This document shows positions 1 to 9,071 of a stretch of DNA of 64,000 bases, piece by piece (within the stretch, counting starts at the first letter, position 1; each line of letters begins with the position of its first letter). Below the pieces are notes generated by a model. The model had not been told where the DNA came from, made no database searches, and worked only from the letters and a program-made list of their open reading frames with translations. The DNA lies in NCBI GenBank assembly GCA_934162285.1, contig CAKPHY010000006.1:288-64287 (forward strand), in the 5' to 3' direction. Both the position numbers and the translations under genes were made by a program. The DNA comes from an uncultured Bacilli bacterium. GTDB lineage: Bacteria; Bacillota_I; Bacilli_A; RF39; UBA660.

Positions 1-795
1 TGAATCAGTTATTTTAAATAAAATATTTTTAGTTTCATTTTTCTTATCAACTTTTAAGATTTCAATTGAAAATTTTTCAACTTTTTCATTATTCAAAACT
101 GTTAAAATACTTGCTTCACCAGTTTTTACATCATCACTTACACGGTACATTTTTTTAGCAAGTACATCTTTAGTATATTGACCAAAAACACCTTTTTTAG
201 TATTTTCCTTGATATTACCATATGTTACTTCTTGATCAAAATTTGCAACTTTTTCACCAGGTGCACCACTTTTACTTTTTACAATCCCGGTTACTTTAGA
301 TTTAAAAATATTACCTGCACTCGCTTCAAAAAGAGAACGTGTTGTTTTTTCAGTTATTTCATGACCTAAACAACCAAATATATTAGTTCCAGGATCAATA
401 TATGTAAGTGTTCCAATTCCCATAATGCTATCTTTAACGTATAATCCTGTTTTATATATTCCATCTTCATAACCTATTTTTAAGTTTGTTTTTAAAACTT
501 CATTTTTTCTTTTAAATTCTACTGATACATTGGTTTTGTTTTGTATTTTTTTAGTTAAATCACTGATATTAACTACTTCTTCCCCATCAATTGCAACAAT
601 TTTATCCCCAACTCTTAAACCAGCTTCTTTACCATTATTAGTTCCATTTATACTATATGTTCCCATTATTAAAATAGAATTACTTTCCAAATTAATACCA
701 ATTGATTCCCCGCCGGCATAGATATAGTTTGAATAAGCCAAAATCATGGGATTAAAGGCAAATAAGGCTATTAAAGAACATAAAATTTTTTTCAA
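1..795 (-). CDS. spoIVB: SpoIVB-type sporulation serine peptidase (S55), N-terminal 265 codons; the 3' end lies beyond the window start
   Basis: Absent from the ORF track because it runs off the window. Own minus-strand translation from TTG at 795, with RBS AAGGAAGTGA just upstream. It reads MKKILCSLIALFAF..., KEAGLRVGDKIVAIDGEEV (PDZ-like), GIGTLTYIDPGTNIFGCLGHEI and KSGAPGEKVANF. This pattern is typical of SpoIVB. Confidence 0.75.
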   Translation of the reverse strand, partial: MKKILCSLIALFAFNPMILAYSNYIYAGGESIGINLESNSILIMGTYSINGTNNGKEAGLRVGDKIVAIDGEEVVNISDLTKKIQNKTNVSVEFKRKNEVLKTNLKIGYEDGIYKTGLYVKDSIMGIGTLTYIDPGTNIFGCLGHEITEKTTRSLFEASAGNIFKSKVTGIVKSKSGAPGEKVANFDQEVTYGNIKENTKKGVFGQYTKDVLAKKMYRVSDDVKTGEASILTVLNNEKVEKFSIEILKVDKKNETKNILFKITDS

Positions 796-858
796 AATTA
801 TCACTTCCTTACTATTATTGTTGCTTTGAATTCAAATATTATAATTGGTAATTATAAC

Positions 859-887
859 CAAAAAAGATAAGAAATTGATCTTATCTT
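859..887 (-). terminator. Intrinsic terminator after the LRR surface protein gene
   Basis: On the minus strand AAGATAAGA-tcaatt-TCTTATCTT is followed by a T run. The hairpin starts at the stop codon. Confidence 0.6.
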
Positions 888-2817
888 ATTTTATATCATC
901 TAATTTTTCACCACATAAATAGCAATTTTCATTAGTTAAAACATTAACTGTTCCACAATGTGGGCAAACTCTTCTAAAGCGAATTGTTTTTTCTAAATAT
1001 GATTCATCTTTTGTACGATCTTTATGGTGAACATAAACCTTAGTGTCACTTACTGTTAAATCGACTTTTTTTGCACTAGACTTATTTTCTTCTTTTGCTA
1101 CTTCTTGTTTAACTTCTTTATTTTTAGTTTCTTTTTTACTAGTATTTTTTTCTTTTTTCTTTTTTCTATTATGTTTATTAATTAAAATAATACATAATAC
1201 AATAAGTAATCCTAAAGCTAAAAGTTCTAATGCAATAACTATTATATTAGAAATATCAGCCTTATTTTTTTCAATTACTATGGTATATGTTTCACTTGTA
1301 CCATCCAAAGCTGTAACTTTAACCTTTACTTCACTACCATTATGTAAATCACTATTGCCTATAACTTCAATAGTTGCTTGATCATCATTAGCTTTTGCTT
1401 TAATAACTAACTTCTTTAAGTCATCGGCTATTTTTAATTTATATGTTGTAATATTTTTATCAAAGTTTAATTGATAATTATCAACTGTTAATTCTTCTAA
1501 ATATATTATGGTTTTAGAAACTTCAGTTTCGCCTTCTTTAGATTTTCTAATTACATTTACTGTATATGTTTTAGTTGTTTTATCACTACCTGTAACCGTA
1601 ATTGTAACTGTATTACTACCAACTTCTAACTTTTCATTGCCTTTTATTTCGACTTTAGCACCTGCCACAGTCGCTTTAGCTAAAACTTCTACTGCTTCTA
1701 TATCGTTTTCTACAATTATCGTATATGATGTTTTACTAGCTTCAAAATCAATTGTATAATTCTTAATTTCTAAGCTTTCTAAATCATTATTTGCCACTTC
1801 AGCAACATAATTTAAAGTATATGTTTTTAAAACTTCACTACCATTAAGAACTTTTAATTTGTAATTGTTTTGAATATCACCACTTTGGACATATTTATTA
1901 TTTAGATTATAAATCATTAAACTGCAATTTGTTACTGTAATATTTTTTAAAATCGTAGCAATGCTTTTATCATTTAAATCAATTTTTTCATTAGTGTCAT
2001 CAATATTATATTTATCACTTTTAATACCAGCTATAGATGTGTCAAAAACAATAGAATAAACCCCATCCACTGTAGATTCAATATTTACTCTTCCTTCATT
2101 TGTAGCAATTACTGTTCCTTTTTGACTTACAGTTGCTAAATTAGCATTTTTTGTAAGCCACATAGGGTTTTGCCATTTCTTCATTGTTTCATTTAATTCT
2201 TTAGGCCAGGAAATTACTGTGCTAAAGTCTTTTGATTGACCTTTAAAAACTACCTTTGATATATTTTGAAAAGCACTTTGACTAGCCTTTAAATCAATTA
2301 ATTTAGAATTGTTTGATAAGTCTAAAGATGTCAAACGATTATTGTTTAAATTTACTACTAATAATTCTTTGTTGTTAGTTAAATCTATGTTAGTTAAACT
2401 ATTACCATTCACATACAAATTAGTAATAGTTGCGTTTTTTGATATATCAATACTGGATAACTTGTTATTAGAAATTAATAGGTCAAGTAATTTACTATTA
2501 CTTTTTAAATCAATTGTCGTGATATTATTATCACTCAAATTTAGAGTTTCAATATTTTTAATTTCTGATAAACCTTTTACACTATTAATTCCTTGATTAT
2601 TACATTCTAATTTTTTTATTGATAATAATTCTTCACTTGTAACTTTATAACTTTCACTAATTCGGTCATTCACGCCATTGAAACCATCTGTATTAAGTTT
2701 AACAACAATACAATTGTAGAAGTTATCATCATCAAAAGAAGAATTTAAAGGAGCAGCCTTTATATTAGTTAAAAATATTATTGGCACAATCAATAACATC
2801 TTTTTTATTCTTTTCAT
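886..2817 (-). CDS. Surface protein: signal peptide, leucine-rich repeats, two cadherin-like beta-sandwich repeats, one TM helix, Lys-rich cytoplasmic tail with a C-terminal CxxC...CxxC zinc ribbon
   Basis: 643-aa ORF. N-terminal hydrophobic signal. About 22-residue LRR units (LNLSDNNITTIDL, LLISNNKLSSIDIS, LYVNGNSLTNIDL, VNLNNNRLTSLDL). Two similar units of the form LESLEI..Y.I.F....Y.I.V......V.V. TM segment IIVIALELLALGLLIVLCIILI. Tail ends in CPHCGTVNVLTNENCYLCGEKL. Confidence 0.7.
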   Translation of the reverse strand: MKRIKKMLLIVPIIFLTNIKAAPLNSSFDDDNFYNCIVVKLNTDGFNGVNDRISESYKVTSEELLSIKKLECNNQGINSVKGLSEIKNIETLNLSDNNITTIDLKSNSKLLDLLISNNKLSSIDISKNATITNLYVNGNSLTNIDLTNNKELLVVNLNNNRLTSLDLSNNSKLIDLKASQSAFQNISKVVFKGQSKDFSTVISWPKELNETMKKWQNPMWLTKNANLATVSQKGTVIATNEGRVNIESTVDGVYSIVFDTSIAGIKSDKYNIDDTNEKIDLNDKSIATILKNITVTNCSLMIYNLNNKYVQSGDIQNNYKLKVLNGSEVLKTYTLNYVAEVANNDLESLEIKNYTIDFEASKTSYTIIVENDIEAVEVLAKATVAGAKVEIKGNEKLEVGSNTVTITVTGSDKTTKTYTVNVIRKSKEGETEVSKTIIYLEELTVDNYQLNFDKNITTYKLKIADDLKKLVIKAKANDDQATIEVIGNSDLHNGSEVKVKVTALDGTSETYTIVIEKNKADISNIIVIALELLALGLLIVLCIILINKHNRKKKKEKNTSKKETKNKEVKQEVAKEENKSSAKKVDLTVSDTKVYVHHKDRTKDESYLEKTIRFRRVCPHCGTVNVLTNENCYLCGEKLDDIK

Positions 2818-2933
2818 CTTATTACCTCACTATAAATATACTAGCACATATTGGTAAGATATTCAATAGCTCATTATTTTTATTGCATAATTTTTTTATT
2901 TTATGTCAATATATAATTGAATATCCGCGTATT

Positions 2934-2959
2934 CAAAAAAGAAAGCTTTAATCGCTTTC
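2934..2959 (-). terminator. Intrinsic terminator after pnp
   Basis: Minus strand GAAAGC-gattaaa-GCTTTC followed by TTTTTT. The pnp stop codon lies in the loop. Confidence 0.6.
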
Positions 2960-5119
2960 TTTTTCATTGTCTTTTGGTTTATTTTCTTTAAAAACTTCTT
3001 TTCGTGATAAATTTAAACGTCCTTTTTTATCATAACCCATTGCTTTTACAATTATTTCATCGCCTACCTTAACAACATCACTTGGTTTTTCAACTCTTTC
3101 AGTTGCTAGTTGTGATACATGTACTAAGCCTTCACAACCTGGCCATAATTCAACAAAACAACCAAAATCTTCAACTTTTACTACTTTTCCAGAATATATT
3201 TTTCCTTCTTCAACTTCACGAGCAATTGTTTGAATCATTTCTGCTGTTTTATTTATAATGTCTTTATTAGTATGATAAATAATTACGCGACCATCATCTT
3301 CTAATTCTACTTTTACAGCATTCATATCATTTACTGTTGCAACATTAGAAGCTTCACATATAATCTTAGTAATCATTTCGCCGCCCTTACCGATTACTTC
3401 TTTAATCTTATTAGGATTAATTGTAAATATCATAGTTTTAGGTGCATATTCACTTACTTCTTTACGTGGTTCTTTAATAGTTGCTTCCATTACATCTAAG
3501 ATTTCCATACGAGCTTCTTTAGCTTGAGCTAAAGCTTGTTTTAAAATTTCTTTAGTTATACCTTTTATTTTAATATCCATTTGTAAAGAACAAATTCCTT
3601 TTCGTGTTCCACCTACTTTGAAATCCATATCACCTAAGTGATCTTCCATACCTTGGATGTCCGTTAAAATAGTATAATCCTTGCCATCAGCTGCTGTTAT
3701 TAAGCCCATCGCAATACCAGCAACAGGAGCTTTAATTGGAACACCAGCTGCCATTAAACTCATACAACCTGCACAAATTGTTGCTTGACTTGACGAACCA
3801 TTAGATTCTAATATTTCGGATACAACACGAACAGTATAAGGGAATTCTTCTTCACTTGGCATTACTTGAGCTAAAGCTCTTTCACCTAAAGCACCGTGGC
3901 CAATTTCACGACGTCCTGGGCTGCCATAACGTCCTGTTTCTCCAACTGAGAAAGCTGGGAAATTATAATGTAACATAAAACGTTTTTCAGCTTCTAAACT
4001 TAAACCATCTAATATTTGATGTTCATGTAAGCCACCTAATGTTGTTACTGCTAATGCTTGAGTTTCACCTCTTGTAAATAGAGCTGATCCATGAGTACGT
4101 GGCAAAAGATCAACAGCGGCACTAAGTGGTCTAATTTCGTTCATTTTACGACCATCTGCACGTGTTTTTTCATTAACAACAATTTTTCTAAAGATTTCAT
4201 ATTCGATTGATTCTAAAACTAATTTAACTTTAGTTAATAAAACTTCTAGCTCTTCTTTGCTTAATGAAGCATTTTCTAAAGTATATTTATTAACAACGTC
4301 TTCTTTAACTTGATCTATAGCTGCATATTTTTCTAATTTTTCTTTAATGCGCATAGCAGCATCTAATTTAACACTTGCAAGATCATATATCTCATTACGT
4401 AGACTTTCTTCAATTTCTAAATGTTCATATTCCATTTTAGGAACACCAACTGCAGCAATAATTGTTTCTTCAAATTCACAAAGTTCTTTTACAGCTTCAT
4501 GACCAAACATTAAAGCTTCTAACATGTCTTCTTCAGATACTTCTTTAGAACCAGCTTCTACCATGTTAATAGCATTTTTAGTACCAGCTACTGTTAAATC
4601 AATATCTGATTCTTCTAATTCTGCTGGTGTTGGATTAATAATAAATTTACCATTAACACGACCAACTTTTACTCCAGCAATTGGACCATCAAATGGAATT
4701 TTACTAATTGAAGTAGCAAGTGAAGAACCAAGCATAGCAGTCAATTCAGGTGAATTATCAGTATCAACTGATAAAATTGTATTAACTACTTGAACTTCAT
4801 TTCTAAAGTTTTCTGGAAATAATGGACGCATTGGACGATCAATCATACGAGCTGCTAATGTTGCGGCATCAGTAGGACGGCCTTCTCTTTTAATAAATCC
4901 CCCCGGTATTTTACCAACAGAATATAGTTTTTCTTGATATAAAACCATAAGTGGAAAGAAATCAGATAAAATATTAGCAGTTTTAGAAACAACAGCTGTT
5001 GTTAAAACGACTGTATCACCATAACGTACTAAAACAGAACCATGAGCTTGTTTAGCAAGTTCACCAGTTTCTACTATAATTTCTCTTCCTCTAAAATTAT
5101 AATGAAATGTACTTTTCAT
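2948..5119 (-). CDS. pnp: Polynucleotide phosphorylase / polyribonucleotide nucleotidyltransferase
   Basis: 723 aa. Two RNase PH domains, then KH and S1 domains ([28 protein letters not shown]). Lies directly downstream of rpsO, as in most bacteria. Confidence 0.97.
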   Translation of the reverse strand: MKSTFHYNFRGREIIVETGELAKQAHGSVLVRYGDTVVLTTAVVSKTANILSDFFPLMVLYQEKLYSVGKIPGGFIKREGRPTDAATLAARMIDRPMRPLFPENFRNEVQVVNTILSVDTDNSPELTAMLGSSLATSISKIPFDGPIAGVKVGRVNGKFIINPTPAELEESDIDLTVAGTKNAINMVEAGSKEVSEEDMLEALMFGHEAVKELCEFEETIIAAVGVPKMEYEHLEIEESLRNEIYDLASVKLDAAMRIKEKLEKYAAIDQVKEDVVNKYTLENASLSKEELEVLLTKVKLVLESIEYEIFRKIVVNEKTRADGRKMNEIRPLSAAVDLLPRTHGSALFTRGETQALAVTTLGGLHEHQILDGLSLEAEKRFMLHYNFPAFSVGETGRYGSPGRREIGHGALGERALAQVMPSEEEFPYTVRVVSEILESNGSSSQATICAGCMSLMAAGVPIKAPVAGIAMGLITAADGKDYTILTDIQGMEDHLGDMDFKVGGTRKGICSLQMDIKIKGITKEILKQALAQAKEARMEILDVMEATIKEPRKEVSEYAPKTMIFTINPNKIKEVIGKGGEMITKIICEASNVATVNDMNAVKVELEDDGRVIIYHTNKDIINKTAEMIQTIAREVEEGKIYSGKVVKVEDFGCFVELWPGCEGLVHVSQLATERVEKPSDVVKVGDEIIVKAMGYDKKGRLNLSRKEVFKENKPKDNEKESD

Positions 5120-5135
5120 AACTCCTCCAAATCTC

Positions 5136-5162
5136 TAAAAAAGCACTCAAAAAAGAGTGCTT
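5136..5162 (-). terminator. rpsO-pnp intercistronic hairpin (terminator / processing site)
   Basis: Minus strand AAGCACTC-tttttt-GAGTGCTT followed by T residues, between the rpsO stop and the pnp RBS. Confidence 0.55.
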
Positions 5163-5173
5163 ACCTATATAAA

Positions 5174-5443
5174 TTATTTTCTTAATCCTAATTTCTTGAT
5201 TAATTCACGATATCTTTTAACATCTTCTTTTAATAAATAATCAAGTAAACTACGACGTTGTCCTACTTTCTTTAAAAGTCCACGACGTGAATGATAATCA
5301 TGAGTATGTTCTTTCAAATGAGCAGTTAATTGGTTAATTTCTTCAGTTAAAATTGCTACTTGAATTTCAGTTGAACCTGTATCTTTATTATTACGTGCGT
5401 ATTCTCTAACGATTTCAGATTTTCTTTCTTTTGTTAAAGCCAT
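5174..5443 (-). CDS. rpsO: 30S ribosomal protein S15
   Basis: 89 aa. [42 protein letters not shown] is the canonical S15 sequence pattern. Confidence 0.97.
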   Translation of the reverse strand: MALTKERKSEIVREYARNNKDTGSTEIQVAILTEEINQLTAHLKEHTHDYHSRRGLLKKVGQRRSLLDYLLKEDVKRYRELIKKLGLRK

Positions 5444-5525
5444 TTTATTTTCTCCTCTCTTAATAATTCGCTTATTCCTAGAAAAAAGTCAAGGATTCTT
5501 TTCTCCACGCATAAGTACTACATTA

Positions 5526-5553
5526 ATTATACATGAAATTATTTATTTTGCAA
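5526..5553 (-). promoter_or_regulatory. Sigma-A type promoter for rpsO (TTGCAA-N16-TATAAT), followed by an approximately 80-nt leader
   Basis: Read on the minus strand: TTGCAA at 5553-5548 and TATAAT at 5531-5526. The leader could be an S15 autoregulatory element, but I cannot verify that. Confidence 0.45.
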
Positions 5554-5555
5554 GC

Positions 5556-6410
5556 CTAAATTAAATATTTCCACATTTTTAATGTGTTATTTTCGTCTTT
5601 ATATAAAGCAATTATTTTATTATTATATTTAAACAAAACTTCTGATTGACCATAAATATTAGGTAAAGATCTACCATTTTTTATTTTAAAATATAAATCA
5701 TCATCGACATCGACTGTATATGTATTAAAACATTTCTCCAGCGGATAAAATTCATAATTATCTTCCAAAATATCTTCTAATTTATAAGCATCTTTTATAT
5801 CAAAGACTCCTTGTTTGATCCTTCTTAAACTATTCATTGTTCCATATGTATTCAATTTTTTAGCTATATCATTTATTAAAGCCCTGATATATGTTCCTTT
5901 AGAAACCGTCGTAATTATATCAAATATAACATGATTGTTTTTATATGTTATTTTACTAGATAATGCAATTTGGGAAACTTTTACCATTCTCTTTGGTAAA
6001 GTAACACTTTCACCATTTCTCGCATATTCATACAATTTTTTACCATTCACTTTAACTGCAGAATATATAGGAACTTCTTGCTCATAATAACCTAACATCG
6101 AATTTAAAACTTCTTTAATTTTATCTTCTTTAAAATATACATTCTCATTTTTTAAAACATTTCCTGTACGATCTAAAGTATCCGTAAGAAGTCCTAATTC
6201 TATTGTTGCTTGATATGTTTTTTCATATGCTGTTATATTTTCAACTAAAGTAGTATATTTACCTATTAAAACAACAAGTACACCTGTGGCCATAGGATCT
6301 AAAGTACCAGTATGTCCTACTTTCTTAGTTTGTAACTTTTTACTAATAATATTCACAACATCACGACTGGTATAATTTTCCTCTTTATCTACAACTAATA
6401 TTCCATCCAT
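5556..6410 (-). CDS. truB: tRNA pseudouridine(55) synthase TruB
   Basis: MDGILVVDKEENYTSRDVV...GHTGTLDPMATGVLVV matches the TruB catalytic-Asp motif. I moved the start to ATG 6410 (GGTGA RBS). The track ORF start at 6491 runs through the upstream terminator. Confidence 0.9.
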   Translation of the reverse strand: MDGILVVDKEENYTSRDVVNIISKKLQTKKVGHTGTLDPMATGVLVVLIGKYTTLVENITAYEKTYQATIELGLLTDTLDRTGNVLKNENVYFKEDKIKEVLNSMLGYYEQEVPIYSAVKVNGKKLYEYARNGESVTLPKRMVKVSQIALSSKITYKNNHVIFDIITTVSKGTYIRALINDIAKKLNTYGTMNSLRRIKQGVFDIKDAYKLEDILEDNYEFYPLEKCFNTYTVDVDDDLYFKIKNGRSLPNIYGQSEVLFKYNNKIIALYKDENNTLKMWKYLI

Positions 6411-6431
6411 AATTTCACCAATATTATTATA

Positions 6432-6458
6432 CAAAAATAAGATAGTTTTTGCTATCTT
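6432..6458 (-). terminator. Intrinsic terminator after the 6457-7857 gene
   Basis: Minus strand AAGATAG-caaaaa-CTATCTT followed by ATTTTT. It overlaps the stop codon. Confidence 0.5.
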
Positions 6459-7857
6459 ATTTATATGTTTTTTGATTGCCAAGTGCACCATTAGTAATTA
6501 ATTGTTCATAAATCCCAAGTCCAGGTAAATATACTATATTTCTAAAGTTGTCAACATCTTCGGCTAAAACAATACCATTTTTATATGAGTTGAATAAATT
6601 ATCATGGGTCTTACGACCTACTGTCATATAATCAATTAATGTTCCACCGCTGAAAGCATTATTTTCTTCAAGGAACTTAGTTGATGCTTCAACACCCTTA
6701 TTAATAGCATTAATAGCTGCATTTGAACAATCATAGTCATTTCTTAAACATTTTTCTTCTAATAAACAATCACCAGCATTAATATAATTAGAAATTTGGT
6801 CAATACTTAAACCAGCATAATTAGGATTACTTGCATTAAGAATAAATGTATATCCTTCAACAATATCATTATATGTATAACCATATTTTGCTAATGCTTG
6901 TTCATAATTACGATATGCATCATAATTTACAACCACATTATCTTGTTCTTGATAATTATTACTTCCATTATTATTTTGTTCATAATAATATGAATCATCA
7001 TTTGTAAATGTGTTATTATTGTCGTTGTAATTATAATCGTTATTAGTATTGTCATTGTAATTATAGTCATTATTGTCTGTCATTTGCTCTTGACGTGTAC
7101 TATTGGCTATATTATTACCATTTTTATTCTTTGAATTCAAAATATGATTAGCTGTAAAACCAATAACTCCAGCCACAGCTACAGCTATAACACCTTTTTT
7201 ATGATTTTTAACAAACACAAATGGTGCTTTCGCAACTTTTTTAACTCCATTAAAAACTTTAATTTTTGTAACTTTTGGAGTATCATTTGTTATATTTAAT
7301 CCTTCGTTTTTTTGAATTTGAACTAAAGCATCAAATGCTCTTTTAGATTCTTCGTTAGTATGAGTTGTTTTAGAATTAAATGAACGAACTTCATTCTTTA
7401 AATTGTTAGTTAATACTTCAACTTTTGATTTATAATCTACTGCACGTTCTTTTTTAGAAACTTTTAATGCTTCTTTTGCGACTTTAACTAACTTTTTATT
7501 AGCATCAGTCTTATCACGTTTATAGTTAATCTTAGCAATTTTTAAATCACCTTTTAAGTGAGCTTTTTCTTGAGCTTTATAAACTTCATAATCCATTTCT
7601 TCAGTTTGTACTGTTTTATTTATTAATGTTTTAATAATTTTTCTTACTTTGCCAGTACTGTCTAAAAATGGTAAGTAAGCAACTTTTTCTACTCCATTAT
7701 GAGCATAAGTTAACTTAATAACCGGTTGTGTTGATGAATCTGATATTGTTGTGCCATTTGTTAAATTAGATGTTAAATTTTTTAAATTATCTCCTTCAAC
7801 TAAATTAATTGTATTTCCAGCTGTATTAAATTTGTATTCTACTTTTTTAAATTCCAT
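6457..7857 (-). CDS. Hypothetical single-pass membrane protein with an Asn/Asp/Tyr-rich low-complexity linker
   Basis: Start set at ATG 7857 (RBS AAGGGGGAAG), because the track start at 7881 is only 3 nt from the -10 box. TM segment KGVIAVAVAGVIGFTANHIL. The low-complexity stretch DNNDYNYNDNTNNDYNYNDNNN is encoded by a 30-bp tandem duplication at 7021-7080. No recognisable catalytic motif. Confidence 0.6.
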   Translation of the reverse strand: MEFKKVEYKFNTAGNTINLVEGDNLKNLTSNLTNGTTISDSSTQPVIKLTYAHNGVEKVAYLPFLDSTGKVRKIIKTLINKTVQTEEMDYEVYKAQEKAHLKGDLKIAKINYKRDKTDANKKLVKVAKEALKVSKKERAVDYKSKVEVLTNNLKNEVRSFNSKTTHTNEESKRAFDALVQIQKNEGLNITNDTPKVTKIKVFNGVKKVAKAPFVFVKNHKKGVIAVAVAGVIGFTANHILNSKNKNGNNIANSTRQEQMTDNNDYNYNDNTNNDYNYNDNNNTFTNDDSYYYEQNNNGSNNYQEQDNVVVNYDAYRNYEQALAKYGYTYNDIVEGYTFILNASNPNYAGLSIDQISNYINAGDCLLEEKCLRNDYDCSNAAINAINKGVEASTKFLEENNAFSGGTLIDYMTVGRKTHDNLFNSYKNGIVLAEDVDNFRNIVYLPGLGIYEQLITNGALGNQKTYK

Positions 7858-7883
7858 ACTTTCTTCCCCCTTAATTGCCACGT

Positions 7884-7911
7884 ATTATAGCACAAATTTT
7901 TATTTTGTCAA
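7884..7911 (-). promoter_or_regulatory. Sigma-A promoter TTGACA-N16-TGcTATAAT
   Basis: -35 at 7911-7906 and -10 at 7889-7884 on the minus strand. Belongs to a promoter/5'UTR cassette also found at 10571-10598 and 10647-10674. Confidence 0.65.
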
Positions 7912-8164
7912 ATCAAGAATAAATATTAAATATTAGAGAACTATAATTTGTAAGTTGCAGATAATAATTCTTTTTATTTTGCTTTAATTTCTATTACAAT
8001 AGTTAATATCATCAACCACTAAAATTAATTCATTTCAAGAGCTTATTAGAATACTATTGTTTTCCAGTTTTTATTTTCAAAAATCAATTTTAGTAATTAA
8101 AAACATCATTTATATATTTTTAACTACCAAGTATACCATTACTGCAATTAATTATTTATAAAAT

Positions 8165-8347
8165 TCAATACCTAGCAAGTATAAAATCATCAATATCTGA
8201 CACTAAAGTTAAACCATTACAGCATAAGTCAAACAAATTTTCATGAACATTACCGACTACTGTCATATAATCAATTAATGATAAACTAGCAAACAGTATT
8301 ATTTTCTTCAAGAAATTTAATTGATGCTTCAATGTCAAAGTTTGCTA
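8165..8347 (-). pseudogene. Decayed 3' fragment of a paralogue of the 6457-7857 gene
   Basis: The minus-strand reading gives IEASIKFLEENN..(TAG, frameshift)..LIDYMTVVGNVHENLFDLCCNGLTLVSDIDDF. This parallels VEASTKFLEENNAFSGGTLIDYMTVGRKTHDNLFNSYKNGIVLAEDVDNF at the C-terminus of the intact gene. DNA identity is obvious, for example ctactgtcatataatcaattaatg in both copies. Confidence 0.65.
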
Positions 8348-8369
8348 GATATTATGTTATTAATATTAA

Positions 8370-9053
8370 TTAGCGACATTTCTTATTAGCAATGGCATTT
8401 ATATAAGTAATAATGTCAGCATTTTCACCATAACTACTAGCTATAGCATTTATTGATTCTTTATAGTCTTCCATATCATAAACTTCAACTAAAGCTTGGA
8501 TAAAATAAATATCGTTAGCCAATACTTGTTTACCACCAACGCTTAATAAATTAGTTGATAATTCTTGATCACGACCTACAAATACTCCTAAAAGTTTTTG
8601 TAAAGTTTCTTCAGATTTTGTTTTAGCAAAAGTGTCAACTAAGCTAGCAACACCATCTAAAATTTGTTTTTCTTGTTCATTATCCATATAAATTCCCATT
8701 GATAAATAATTGAAATTTTCAGGATTTTCAAATAATTGAATAACATTATAATTTAAAATGTTTTCACGCATTTGATTTACGTCACCTAAAACTAATGTTG
8801 GTTCCATTATTGTATCTTTATATTCTTCTGGAATTACACCATCTTTAGAAACAGTCATTAATACATCTTGGGCATTAACAACTAAATTAGTTGCTACACT
8901 ATCAGCTTGTTGATAAATAATTTGATTATCATCTAAAACCTTATTAGCAGTTGCTGTATCAGCTTTAGCAACTTTTGGAGCACCAACTAACATAAATCCT
9001 GCTAATAAAAGTGCACCTAATTTTTTATTGTTTAATATTTTTAAATTTTTCAT
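8370..9053 (-). CDS. Secreted hypothetical protein (signal peptide)
   Basis: 227 aa. N-terminus KKLGALLLAGFMLVGAPKVAKA. Lies 18 nt downstream of the Cys-rich protein gene, so probably in the same operon. Confidence 0.55.
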   Translation of the reverse strand: MKNLKILNNKKLGALLLAGFMLVGAPKVAKADTATANKVLDDNQIIYQQADSVATNLVVNAQDVLMTVSKDGVIPEEYKDTIMEPTLVLGDVNQMRENILNYNVIQLFENPENFNYLSMGIYMDNEQEKQILDGVASLVDTFAKTKSEETLQKLLGVFVGRDQELSTNLLSVGGKQVLANDIYFIQALVEVYDMEDYKESINAIASSYGENADIITYINAIANKKCR

Positions 9054-9071
9054 AATAATTAATCCCCCTTT

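Noticed and set aside
178-721. Plus-strand ORFs 178-369 and 530-721; similar antisense ORFs inside the LRR gene, pnp, CotH, topoisomerase and other genes
   Set aside because: They lie opposite strongly supported minus-strand genes. Their products are low-complexity peptides typical of AT-rich antisense frames.
6411-6491. N-terminal extensions of track ORFs: truB to 6491, topoisomerase B to 32372, sufB to 40305, flippase to 47878, MATE to 60915, HEPN gene to 21978, rbgA to 13278
   Set aside because: The extensions run through terminators or promoters or lack an RBS. Internal starts with good RBS restore canonical N-termini.
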